Below are positions 53,061 to 64,000 of a stretch of 64,000 bases of DNA, in pieces; the stretch's first letter is position 1; each line of letters begins with the position of its first letter. Made by a program: the position numbers and the translations under genes. Location of the stretch: NCBI RefSeq assembly GCF_006345805.1, contig NC_042999.1:131130001-131194000 (forward strand). The letters run 5' to 3'. Under the pieces are notes generated by a model, which did no database searches, was not told where the DNA came from, and was given only the letters and a program-made list of their open reading frames with translations. The DNA comes from Octopus sinensis (taxonomy: Eukaryota).

Positions 53061-54255
53061 GTGAGGTTATGAAATATTATTAGTAGCTTTATAATTATTG
53101 AAACCAATCCTTTTAATTACATACTCATTATCACTTGTTTTAGTAATCATTTATTGTCACATTGCAGTATAGTATTATAATATTCTTGTTATCTTTCAAT
53201 TATTTTATATCTGTTAAATTATGATTCTACTGAATGGTTAACTATAATTAATCTAGAAAACATTGCATCAGACTCTTAGGCTTATTGACAGAATCTGTTC
53301 ACTTTAGTCTGTACACACTCTTTTTCTAGATTTTTAAAGCTTAAAATTTGGAGTGTGCATTACACACAAGAATTAATTGTTATCCTATTTTTCTCTGGCC
53401 AAGTACTTGACTTTATTGGGATGGTTTGACCAGGAGTAACATCAGTTCCCCAAGCTTTAGGTTGGGGAATGGATGACAAATGTTTTTTTTATTGTATAAT
53501 ATGCTAAATGTTTTACAAGTATGTATTAAAGGTGTAAATCTTACCCTTTTAGTGCAAATTTTTATACCTATTGCATGATATTCACAAAGAATAGTCACCA
53601 AACACAGCCATTCTCATCAGAGTTGATATTAACTAGTGTGTACCTAAACTATGATGATGATGATGATCATCATCATCATCCTTTTTATGTTTAGTTCTTA
53701 TTTAGAGCTCTTACTGACCTCTTAGATAACCATGGAGCCACATCTTAATTGTACACTTCATATTTGGTGTGGTTTCTATAATTGGATGCCCTTCTTAATA
53801 CTAACCATTTCATACAGTGTACTGGATGCATTTTATTGTGATACCAGTATTAGTAAGGTGTCTTGTTATCCATTAAAGAATCATCCCAGTATGATGGGAG
53901 AAACACAGTGATAGGACTGAGAAAGTAATGCAGGAAGGTGTTACAGAAGAGAGATAGCAACTACATGTTACTTATTGTAAAGGGACTGAATTAAATAACA
54001 GTGTATAAGTGAATAAGAATGATGGTGGAGAGCCAGTGCAATGGAAGAAGAAAAATATGGAGAGATCTGAAACCATCTCTCATTACACAGATGTTATGAT
54101 TGGAGAAAGTAGTGTGATAAAGGTGGTGGTATGTGGAGATTGATTATGAATAGATGCAGTGCAATATCTCATTACACAGGCAGTATGGAAAGAGAATGAC
54201 AAATGAGAGGGTAACAAAGATGGGAGAGTAAATGGCAATTTAACTGAAACTTTTT

Positions 54256-54882
54256 GATGCGTGGTATCAAAAAGTTCCCGGACTAGTTATGTTTAATAAA
54301 AAATAACTTACTTACCTAAGTTTTAATATCATCTCCTTTGAAATAGTTACCTTCCACAGCAATACACTTGTCCCAGCATTCCTACCACTTTTGGAATCTG
54401 GCTTGGAAGTCATTTTCCGTGAGTTGAGGACCTTCTGTGATTTGCTCTGGATATTGACAGAGGTATTAAAACAGTGACCTTTGAGCTGCATTGTTATCTG
54501 GAGGGAAGAGATAGAAGTCTGCAGGTGATAAATCTGGTTGCAGGGTGGATGCAGAAGCAATATCATGTTGTTTTGGACAAAAAATTCATGAGTGAGGAGA
54601 GCTCAGTGACAGGGTGCATTGTCTTCATGAAGAGTCTAATTCTTCACGTTCCATAGATCCAGTCACTTTCACCAAATGTCCTCCCTCAAATGTCCACAAC
54701 AAAAATAAGACTTCAGCATACACGTGATTACAAAAACAGAAATTTCACAAATTTTCACAGTAAACATAGTGATGTCACTCAGCACACTGCCTCATGAAGG
54801 TCACTGCTAGCTCTCACTGCATATGCAACTGTGTGCTGCCATCTGTTGGTGTGCTACAGAATTAGTCCAGGAACTTTTCAAT
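54256..54882 (-). mobile_element. Internally deleted mariner element
   Basis: TIR-like ends AAAAGTTCCCGGACTA and TAGTCCAGGAACTTTT. Minus strand encodes FQKW*ECWDKCIAVEGNYFKGD, the mariner transposase C-terminus. Confidence 0.75.
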
Positions 54883-54959
54883 GTCTGTTTTGCCATGCTT
54901 GCACAAGTGAGTAGCTCTTTTCTATTCTAGCACTATGTGTTGTCAGCCATTGTAGGTAT

Positions 54960-55940
54960 TTACCATCTCCTTGAGATTCAGCCTCTTAAGATCAGTCTTC
55001 ACCAATTCATCCCATGTCCCATAGGTCTCTTCCTTTCACATGTTGTATCCACTTTGACACCTTAGCACTCCTTTACATAACTGACTTCCTCCACATACTT
55101 ACCTCTACCAGTAGTATTCTCTTTTGTACACTACATTTGATTCCTTTTATATCCATCTTTTCTCTCAGCTCACTTCTATTTCATTGCTCATACACACATC
55201 TACGGTAGCATACTTGCATCATTTCTTTCTAGTCTTTAGCAAATCCACTGCATTCAAAGCCCATGTTTTGCTCACCATATAGCATCATACAATATTGCTC
55301 TTCACTGAGAGGGAGAGAATCCTTTTGTAACCAGTAATGATAATAGCTCCCTTAATATTTCCACCCTGTTCTTACTTTGGCAACCATGCATTCAGAACAT
55401 CCACTTTCACGACTAATTATATTATCTAGGCCACAAGAAGCTACCAATTTATTACTAGGGAGTCATTTGGGTATTTGAAAGAATCTATTTCACATCTACT
55501 TACTACTGACTTTCCTTGTGCATCTGCCACATTCTACTTTCTTTGTCAGCTGCATCTCTCGTGTGTCCATAGTTTTCCTGGGTACATAGTATGGAATTTC
55601 TACCTACTCATTTCCTGCTTATCAAGCATGACCAATCCACTGAGGGTAGCAGGTTTCTGCCTTCTTACTAATACTTTAGCTTTTGCTGAGTTTCCTTTGA
55701 GGCTTTTTGATTCTTGCCAGTAATTTTGTTCATAAATCTACAGATTTAGTTTTATGAACTAGGTCAAGAATATCTAGGAATGCATTTGGACAGTTGATCT
55801 TAAATTTCTCTGTTATAGACTGGGAGATTATAATAAGCAGGAGGACCTAAGAACTGAGTCTTAATGGGATCCTGTGAACATGCTAAATTTGACACTAAAT
55901 TCATGGTTAATTTTCACCTTGCTGGGTGCACATCTGTACT
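54960..55940 (-). mobile_element. Degraded RTE-clade LINE fragment
   Basis: Similar by eye to 2300-3200 and 32040-32860 (e.g. tttgaaagaatctatttcacat). Confidence 0.6.
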
Positions 55941-56604
55941 TAAAAAAATTTGTTCAAATTTTAATATAAAGTAATCAGAAAATAAGATTGATATTTGACA
56001 AAAAAAAATGACCATCACAAATATAACAGAAATTCATACGAGGGTGTGTGTAACTTGGTACACTAATTAGATGCTGTTGACATCATTGTTAGTGTCAACA
56101 CAATTTATGTCCCATAATATTAGATTTGCAATAGACCAGTAACAAAATATTAGAGTGGTTTAAAATGTTTTAATAGAATGTGAATTTCATCAATGCATTA
56201 ATAACAAAACAGTGATATAATGCTACAAAATTAAGCACAGTTTAGCGAATTCATTATTGTCAGTTTCAGTCAGATTTTCCATTTGCTAAATTCAGTTAAA
56301 ACTTTGGACATTTACTTTCAGTTTGTGTGCATAGCTTAGAAATTTAATAGTTCATATTTCAAAAACTGGTGATTCACCTCTGAAACCATGGAAGTTTAAT
56401 TCACTATTTTCTGTGGTGAAGACAGACTCCATGACACCATTGTCTGTGTTGTCAGTGTAATATATATCTTAGTCATGTTGATGTTGTCATCATTTACTGA
56501 GTCTTCAACTTGTTCCTCTAAAGGAATGTCCCCTTCACTGCTATTCTGAGCATTTGTGATGCAGATTTCTTTAAAAGACCTTACTAGAGATGAGGAATTA
56601 TGTA

Positions 56605-56990
56605 CATTATTTACATTTGACAGATATTTGTCTTAATCTTGTTTCTTGTTAGCACAACATTTCAGCTGATATATCCTCTTGGGGAAATTTCAAACCTGGG
56701 TTCTTATTCCGAAGGTATTTTTCAATGTTGTTATTGTTGTTGTTCAGATCATTTCCTGGAATTGAATTTGGAATCTTGGGGTTAGTAGCCTGCGCTCTTA
56801 ACCACTACGCCATATGCCTATGGGCAATTATGGAGTGAATTCTTAGGGCTTATAAATCTAATATTTTCCTATCCTTCCTTAATACCAGTTCCCATATGCT
56901 ATTCATATCTGCACTTGGTCTCCATATGGCATAGTGGTTAAGAGCACGGGCTACTAACCCCAAGATTCCGAGTTCGATTCCAGGCAGCGA

Positions 56991-57032
<42 letters not shown>

Positions 57033-57151
57033 CATCAAAAATACCTTATGAATGAGAACCCAGGTTTGAAATTTCCCCAAGACACTTGATGAAGGCTGGA
57101 GGGTTAACAACAAACAAGATGAAGACTAATATCCGTCAAATGTAAATAATG
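56605..57151. repeat. Head-to-head inverted pair of a composite element (tRNA-like head, (AAT)n, hammerhead-like tail)
   Basis: Left arm 56605-56816 is the reverse complement of right arm 56923-57151. The right arm begins with A box TGGCATAGTGGTT and B box GAGTTCGATTCC. Confidence 0.8.
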
Positions 57152-58828
57152 CTCACTAGGATGGTTTGATTATCCATGTATGCAAAAGGAAAGCTCTAGT
57201 TGGTGAATGTAATCTGTTGGAATGATGGACTTGTACTTCTCTGCCAACCACTGGTTTCACTTAATATGAGCATACTACTTGAACAGCTTGTTAATGCTGA
57301 CTGACACCTAGTGGTTATAGATGAGTAGTTATTCCACCAAAAATAATGGCAAGATTTGTTCTCATGGACTACAACACTTTTACGTTATACCCTCAATGGT
57401 ATCTAAATGTATCAAGCACCAAGAAGACGGCAGTTTCAACATGCTGTCTGGATACATTGGTTTTAATCTAACCACTTGTTATCTCTGCAGTAAACCACAC
57501 CTTTTCGTTTTGTAAGTCTCTCATCAGACTAAGTCATTTTCTTAAAGACAATATGTAACAGCAGCTATTTTCCCTTTACCAGCAACAACCAGTATCACTG
57601 TAAATTGTAACTATTTTCTGACCCTTGAAATTAACTAGTGGTTGATAGTTAATTTCAAGGGTCCTTACCAGTAGTTAATAGTTAACGTCAAGGGTCAGAA
57701 AATAGTTATTGTTTGTAGATACGGCATATCGTAGGCCAGCAGTGTCTTATTTTGCATTTTCAATCTGTTACAGATCATACTCCTTAGTTTCCTGTAATTC
57801 TTGTACTTTTATACTGTGTGAGTCTATCGATAAATTGACAGCTCATGTCTCTGTAAAACACTGAGTCCACTCAACAGTAGTCCTGAAGTTGTCAAACATT
57901 ATTCCCATCATCTTAGTGATTCCATGACTTAAGGTGTATATTAGTTGTGCTAACTCTAATATTGGCCATTCTGTATTCTTTCACTCACGTCATCAGTACC
58001 TTTTCAAACTTAGGAAATCTAGCAGATTTTCCTGTTTTACTTTTTTGCCTTAAGAATGGAATGGAGGTTGGATTTGCATTTGTGCTAGAGTTGGATATTG
58101 ACTTAGAACATCCAAAATAGCAACCAGCTACCCAATTCCCATTTTCATTTACTTCAAGATTGCCTTCACTTTCTATTTCTGTACAATGTTCATTTAGATA
58201 TCATAGTTGAAACTGACAACTTTGTAATAAACACATATTCATGTTTAAAACACCTCTATTTACTTTTATTCATTAGCAATAAATACTCTGCTTTCCTCCT
58301 AACGCAACTGCACAAACTGAAAAGTAAATGTGATCAAAATGTAATTGATTTCTAGGACATTAATTTTGCAGCTTATACCTGTAAAGTTTGAATTTGCTTT
58401 TTTATTTCATGTTGAATGCGCAAAGTGTTTTAGTTGGAAACAATGTGATATGATTTCCTTCAGCATTTTATTCACTAATTAAAATAAATCTGACTGACTA
58501 ATCCTTTTAATAATGAATTGAAATATGACTTGCCGACTGCAATCTCTGTTGGTAACCCTAAATGACACAAAGGAAAATTCAGTGGAAACATAGAGATAAT
58601 TGTTTTCCAGGATTTCATTGTCCATAATTAGGGCTATGCATTATATATGAGTGCATATTATATCTGAATAAATATGGTGTTTATCTCATAAGGGGAATAA
58701 TCTGTATAATAATATTTTAAAAAGTAAAAGCATTATCCCTTTACTTTAAGATATTGCTTATTTACAAGTAAAATTATAGTCATTATCATAATCATAATGA
58801 TTATTATTTTGTGTCCGTATATGTATAG

Positions 58829-58887
58829 GTGCTTTTTATCCTGGTGTCCCTGTTCAGCCTGTATGCGTCCGTTACCCTAATAAATTG
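58829..58887 (+). CDS. LPCAT: LPCAT exon 5 (motif IV, PVQPV)
   Basis: tatag|GT acceptor and TTG|gtaagt donor; 59 nt, phase 1 to 0. Encodes GAFYPGVPVQPVCVRYPNKL. Confidence 0.93.
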
Positions 58888-59008
58888 GTAAGTAATTTAT
58901 AACATTCCAATGTAAAATATTCTGATTGTATAAAAATGGTAATGGGAGTTGTGCTTGTCATTAATTAAAACCTTTGTATTTATGGTTAAATCTTATTTAT
59001 ATATTTAG

Positions 59009-59228
59009 CCCTTTAGCATTCAGATTACTTTTTCAAATGTAATGCTTATTTATGCACATTGCTTTGAATTAATCATTCATTATCTTGTAGCTTCAAGATT
59101 TTGATGATGTGACAGTTTATCTTTAGAAAAACATTGTTGGGTAGGTGTGAGAGGCAGGACCTAGCTGGTTTGAATATAAAGCAGGTAGAATATTTGAACA
59201 GGATATGGCCAGTTTAAATGTTAAATGG
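59009..59228. mobile_element. TTAA-flanked MITE, copy 3
   Basis: CCCTTTAGCATTCAGATTAC ... AATGTTAAATGG|TTAA; homologous to 34568 and 43781. Confidence 0.75.
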
Positions 59229-59594
59229 TTAAGCATACCTCTAATACAGTCAGCAATAATTGAAGTTGATCACTAAATAATACTTTATGCTGGAGCCAAC
59301 ATCTTACATGGATAACTTAATTAACGATGTTAGGCAAACCTCAACATAACTATTAAGAAGCAAGTATATTCGTAAAAGATAAAATATAGTACCAATCAAA
59401 GGCTGAAAGATCAGTGTCTGAAGAAACTAAATTAATTTGATATTAAATTAGGTATTTTTCCTTTATTCAGTACTTTTATATTTACTCATACTCTCTAACT
59501 TCTAGAAAATCGTTAACTATATGTTGTTCTTATATTTGCAAAAATGAATTTTTTTATAAGCAATATTAAAGTTTTTGCAAAATGATATTTTCAG

Positions 59595-59629
59595 GATACT
59601 ATAACTTGGACTTGGGATGGACCTGATGC
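59595..59629 (+). CDS. LPCAT: LPCAT exon 6 (small 35-nt exon)
   Basis: attttcag|GAT acceptor and GC|gtatgt donor; phase 0 to 2. Encodes DTITWTWDGPD(A), the conserved DT.TWTW.GP motif of LPCAT1/2. Confidence 0.92.
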
Positions 59630-60733
59630 GTATGTATTAAATTAATTTGAATCTTCAGTTAAAATATTTATTTATTTATTTTGCAATGTCCTTAATTCTA
59701 TACTTTTTCATTACCTTTTATTTAGGTTAATATATCTTCAAGTTCAAATCATTGTAATGTATATACTGACTGAAAATAGGTGGCTGTTTAAATGGTTGTA
59801 ATTAGGAAAGTCATCTAGCTGTAATAATTTTTATCTTGCAATCCACTCCATTTAAATTTGGATCCTGATCTTGTCACTGTTAGTCTGAGAAATGTACATT
59901 CACTAAAAAAAAAGTGTAAAATCATTAAAAGGCAAAATTAATAGTGGCAAGTTTTTTAAAATGTTCTGCTATGAGACTGTTATACATTCTGTAAGATAAT
60001 ATTATAAAATTTTATTTTTAACTTGCCTTTACAAGGACCCTCGCATTCAGTTATTTTTATCACATTAATAGAGCTCACCAGAAAAGTGAATTCTCTTTCC
60101 AGAACAATATAAGCCCAATTTTCAGTTTGCAATTCTCAGTTAAATCCCTGATAGTATCAATATTTAGCATACTTCAGTGCTATACATTATAGGTATAGTA
60201 TAAATTTAAAAAGCCAACCTGAAATTCCTATGTGCCATCGGGGAAAAAAAAATCTGTTCATCGTCATTAATCTATGCTTGTATGGATTGGACAAAATTTA
60301 TCAAGACAGATTTTCTACAGTTCAGTACCTTTCCTGCCACCAGCCCTCTCCTGTTCCCAAATTAGGTAATATTTTCACAGAAGATGGGAAATGAAGGGCA
60401 CTATGTGTATGATGCTGACTACTTGTTTACAACTATCATGTAATGTCAAGACAAGGTGACACTAATGTGCACACGTGCACACAGACACACACATATATGT
60501 ATTTATAATGCTACCATTGGTTTCATGGGAAAACATTGCAATTACTAGGCATTCTACTTTAAAATGTTAGGAATTCATCCTGTTTTGGATAAGGCTATCC
60601 ATTTTTAAGTAGAATACTTGATAATTGTGATGTTTTTGCCTGAAATCAAGGGTAGGGTTGTAAATCTACAATTAAAGAGTTTTTATTCACCAAATGCTGA
60701 GTTGAACACTCATTTTCACTGTTCACCACTATC

Positions 60734-60764
<31 letters not shown>

Positions 60765-61259
60765 CATAGTAATAAGAAAATGGAGGGAATCAAGAGGTGG
60801 TATTCATCAGCTTTTAGACATTATATTATATCTATTTATTTATTTTTTAAAACACCATTGTAACAATATACATACATGTATAACATATTATGCTTTACAT
60901 ATGTAATATATAAAAATATAATATAGTTCTAATATACATCCTCCCTTGTGCTGGTATCACAATAAACTGCATCCAGATCTCACTGGTTGGATATAGCAGC
61001 ACTGGGGATTCAGCAAGCTGTGGTAATGCAGTCCCTTTGGAGTAGCAGTAGCACTGAATAAAAAGTGATACAGAGTAAAGAGAACACTTTAATTCTGGCA
61101 GACTCTCCTTACTGCATGTAATATTATAAAATGTGCCTGCTCCATGTTCATGGTTGGTGGTAAGAAGGGCATCCTGCTCTAAAAACATACCCCACTTCCC
61201 AATAGAATGCATTGTTTATGCTGCAAAGTGATTCATGTTAGAAAGGGTATCATGATCAT

Positions 61260-61990
61260 ATTCATTTAGTATCTATTTTCTAAGCTAGCATGGATTAGAT
61301 AGTTTGACTGGAACTGGTAAGCCAGAAAGCTTTACCAGGCTCCAGTCAGATTTTGGTTTGGTTCCTACAGCTGGATGCCCTTCCTAACACCAACTACTCC
61401 AAGAGTTAGTGGGTGCCTTGTACATGTTACTGGCACAAGTACCTTTTATGTATCACCAGCACTGTCCACAATTATGATTTCACTTGGCCTGATGAATCTT
61501 ATCAATCACAGCAAACCACTAAAGGCCTTGACCATTTATCATCACCTCCATGAGACCCAACATCCAAAGATCATGCTTCATTACTATGTCTCATGTCTTC
61601 TTAGGTCTACCTTTTTCACAGGTTCCCTCCACAGTTAGGGATTGACACTTCTTTTTGCAGCTGTCCTCATCCATATGCATCACATGACCATACCAGCACA
61701 GTCGTCTCTCTTGCAGACCACATCTGATGCCTCTTATGCCCATTTTTTCTCCCAAGACGTTTATACTCTGTTGTACATGGACACTGACATCACACATCTA
61801 GTGAAGCATACTAGCTTCATTTCTTTCAAACGTTTGCATGTCCTCTGCAATCATAGCCCATGTTTCACTGCTGTGTAGCATGGCTGTCTACACACAAGCA
61901 TCATACAATTTGCCTTTCACTCTGAGGCAGAGGCCCCTTATTACCAACAAAGTTAGATCTCTAAACTTTGCTCAGCCTATTCTTATTTTG
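61260..61990 (-). mobile_element. RTE-clade LINE 3' fragment
   Basis: Minus-strand ORF ...ERRLCWYGHVMHMDEDSCKKKCQSLTVEGTCEKGRPKKT plus the family 3' tail. Confidence 0.8.
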
Positions 61991-62383
61991 AAAGCATATC
62001 CCCAGTCTCTTCTCTCAGTACTTGATATACACAACAATGGAAATAAGTCTGTTGTTGTGTATGTATGTTAGATAGTAAAGAACCATGATAAGCTTGTGAT
62101 GTGATGCTGTAATGGAACAGATCATCCAAATATTCCTGTTTTGTATATGTTTATCAACTTCTAGATTTCACCTCAGTTACATCCCTTTGAGGATCACTGC
62201 ACTTTTACTAACTTTCATACTATAAGTTTACATTGACATGTATGTGCACACACACACACACACACACATATTTGTTTATATATTTGCATACTGAATTTCA
62301 TAACCACCCTGTTATTTTTGTCCAGCAAACTTGATAACATTAAAAAAGACAATATTTTGAATTGAGAAATCCAAGTGATGATA

Positions 62384-62590
62384 GGCATGGCTGTGTGGTA
62401 AGAAGTTTGCTTCCCAACCACATGGTTCCAGGTTCAGTACCACTGCATGGTACTTTGGATAAATGTCTTCTACTATAGCCTCAGGCTGAAATATGTACTG
62501 GGTTTGATACATTCAGCTAAAACTTCTTGAAGGTGGTGCCCCAGCATGGGCTAGTCTTAATGACTGAAACAAGTAAAACATAAAAGATAA
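62384..62590 (+). mobile_element. tRNA-derived SINE with internal deletion
   Basis: Head and tail of the 47018 family without the middle section. Confidence 0.75.
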
Positions 62591-62796
62591 GAATTCTTAG
62601 ATAATGCTGATACACTACATTTATAAAGAGAATATAACAAGAAAATCATAATTTTCCTATCAGCATTTGAAATATAAGTAAAATGATTCTCGACAGGAAT
62701 CAGAATTTGGTCACAGACTGAATTGGTCCACAAGTTACTGCCATATCACTGTAACTATTGTAGTTCTATTAAAGATGTTTTTGTGTTTAATTTCAG

Positions 62797-62851
62797 ATTT
62801 AAAGTATTGTGGTATACACTGTGCCAGTTTCATAATAATGTTGAAATAGAG
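62797..62851 (+). CDS. LPCAT: LPCAT exon 7
   Basis: tttcag|A acceptor and GAG|gtgagt donor; 55 nt, phase 2 to 0. Encodes FKVLWYTLCQFHNNVEIE, matching the LPCAT pattern LW.TLCQFH..VEIE. Confidence 0.92.
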
Positions 62852-62905
62852 GTGAGTTTATATTTGAGATGTACTGTATTAACATTTAACATTTTTATTG
62901 TATTT

Positions 62906-63299
62906 TTGTATTTGAGGATGGTCATTTTGCCAGTTTAGCCAATAAAACGTGCAATATATTTGGTGTTAGTTTGCTTCAGCTATAGTTATTTTTAAGTTAA
63001 TCGTATTTCGATCAGAGTTCTTTCATCACACTTCTGTGACCTCATCAGTGCTCTTTTGCTTTCTTCTTTCTTATTTGTGTGTCTTTATATTAAATGGCTG
63101 ATCGTTAGTAAGGAAAGAACACACAAATAAGAAAGAAGAAAGCAGAGGACCACTAATGAGGTCACAGAAGTGTGACAAAAGAACTCTGGCCAAAATGCAA
63201 TTAACGTAAAAGTAAATAAAGCTGAAGTAAATTAACACCAAACATATAGTGCGTGTGTTTTATTGGCTAAACTGGCAACATGACCATCCCCAAATACAA
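62906..63299. repeat. Inverted repeat with ~180-bp arms and a hammerhead-like core (Penelope-like terminus)
   Basis: Arms about 62906-63085 and 63116-63299. The minus strand of the left arm reads CUGAUGA-GGUCA...UGAUC-GAAA. Confidence 0.8.
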
Positions 63300-64000
63300 C
63301 AATATCTGTTTCAACACACGGTTTCACATCAAGAATCTTGCAAAATGAATATATAAATGTAATTTTTATTGTAGTTTTTTAACTTATTGCTGATATTTTT
63401 CTGTTTCTGTATACACACACATATACATATGTATATTTCAATATTCTTTATGTTTACAATAAAACACTTATATACATTATAATACTTGTAAGACTACTTT
63501 TATAACTAAATTCATCAGCTGAGCTAGATTGTCTCCTACAAAAGAGAAAAAAAAGAAGAAGAAAAAACACACAAAATCTAAACATACAAAACATACAAAA
63601 TCAAAGCAGTGAGTAGCTTAATATCTAGGATTACTAAAATAAACTGTACAGAGAATGTCTAATTTGATATAGTCCATTTTACACAGTGGAGAACTTTGTG
63701 ATAAAATTTATAACATTGTCCCAGCAGAGGCTGAAACTTGCTTACATAGTGTACTAAGCCTTTGGGGCACTCCTTAATGTTTACTTGGCTGAATCCATGT
63801 CATAAGCATATTTAGTCTAGACTGACTGCATCTATTAGATAACATTTTGCTGTAATGTTTCCCCTCCAAGTTTCATTATAGTTCCCTGTCTGAATAAAGG
63901 GATTGACTGCTAAACTTTGTTGTGATATCTGATAGTAAGAGAACTATTAACATATGTGGAAATTATGTTATCAAATTTCATTGTTTCTAGCCTTTTAGTC

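Noticed and set aside
56927-56992. tRNA gene with ACT anticodon
   Set aside because: A and B boxes are present but there is no acceptor stem. It is duplicated in inverted orientation and fused to a repeat tail, so it is a SINE-like head.

Overview
AT-rich, repeat-dense animal genomic DNA, most likely an octopus (inferred from the SINE, RTE and microsatellite landscape; not provable from this window alone). The window lies inside one + strand gene, a lysophosphatidylcholine acyltransferase (LPCAT1/2-like, AGPAT/PlsC family). Seven GT-AG coding exons can be read in consistent phase: 17158-17300, 29850-30067, 38256-38476, 52887-53060, 58829-58887, 59595-59629 and 62797-62851. The first and last exons lie outside the window. 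The main finding is that the exon carrying the catalytic HxxxxD motif is present twice (3a, HSSYFD; 3b, HSSLFD; about 42% aa identity by manual alignment). The two copies have identical splice phases, and including both or neither gives an early stop, so they look like mutually exclusive exons that swap half of the active site. From recalled vertebrate sequences, 3a looks LPCAT1-like and 3b LPCAT2/4-like. The introns hold an internally deleted Helitron, RTE, CR1/L2 and Dong/R4 LINE fragments, hAT, mariner, pogo and TTAA MITEs, tRNA-derived SINEs, and several long inverted repeats. Some of these repeats carry Penelope-type minimal hammerhead ribozyme motifs, including a tandem U3:A8-variant pair on the sense strand. 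Exon coordinates were counted by hand. Repeat boundaries are approximate.
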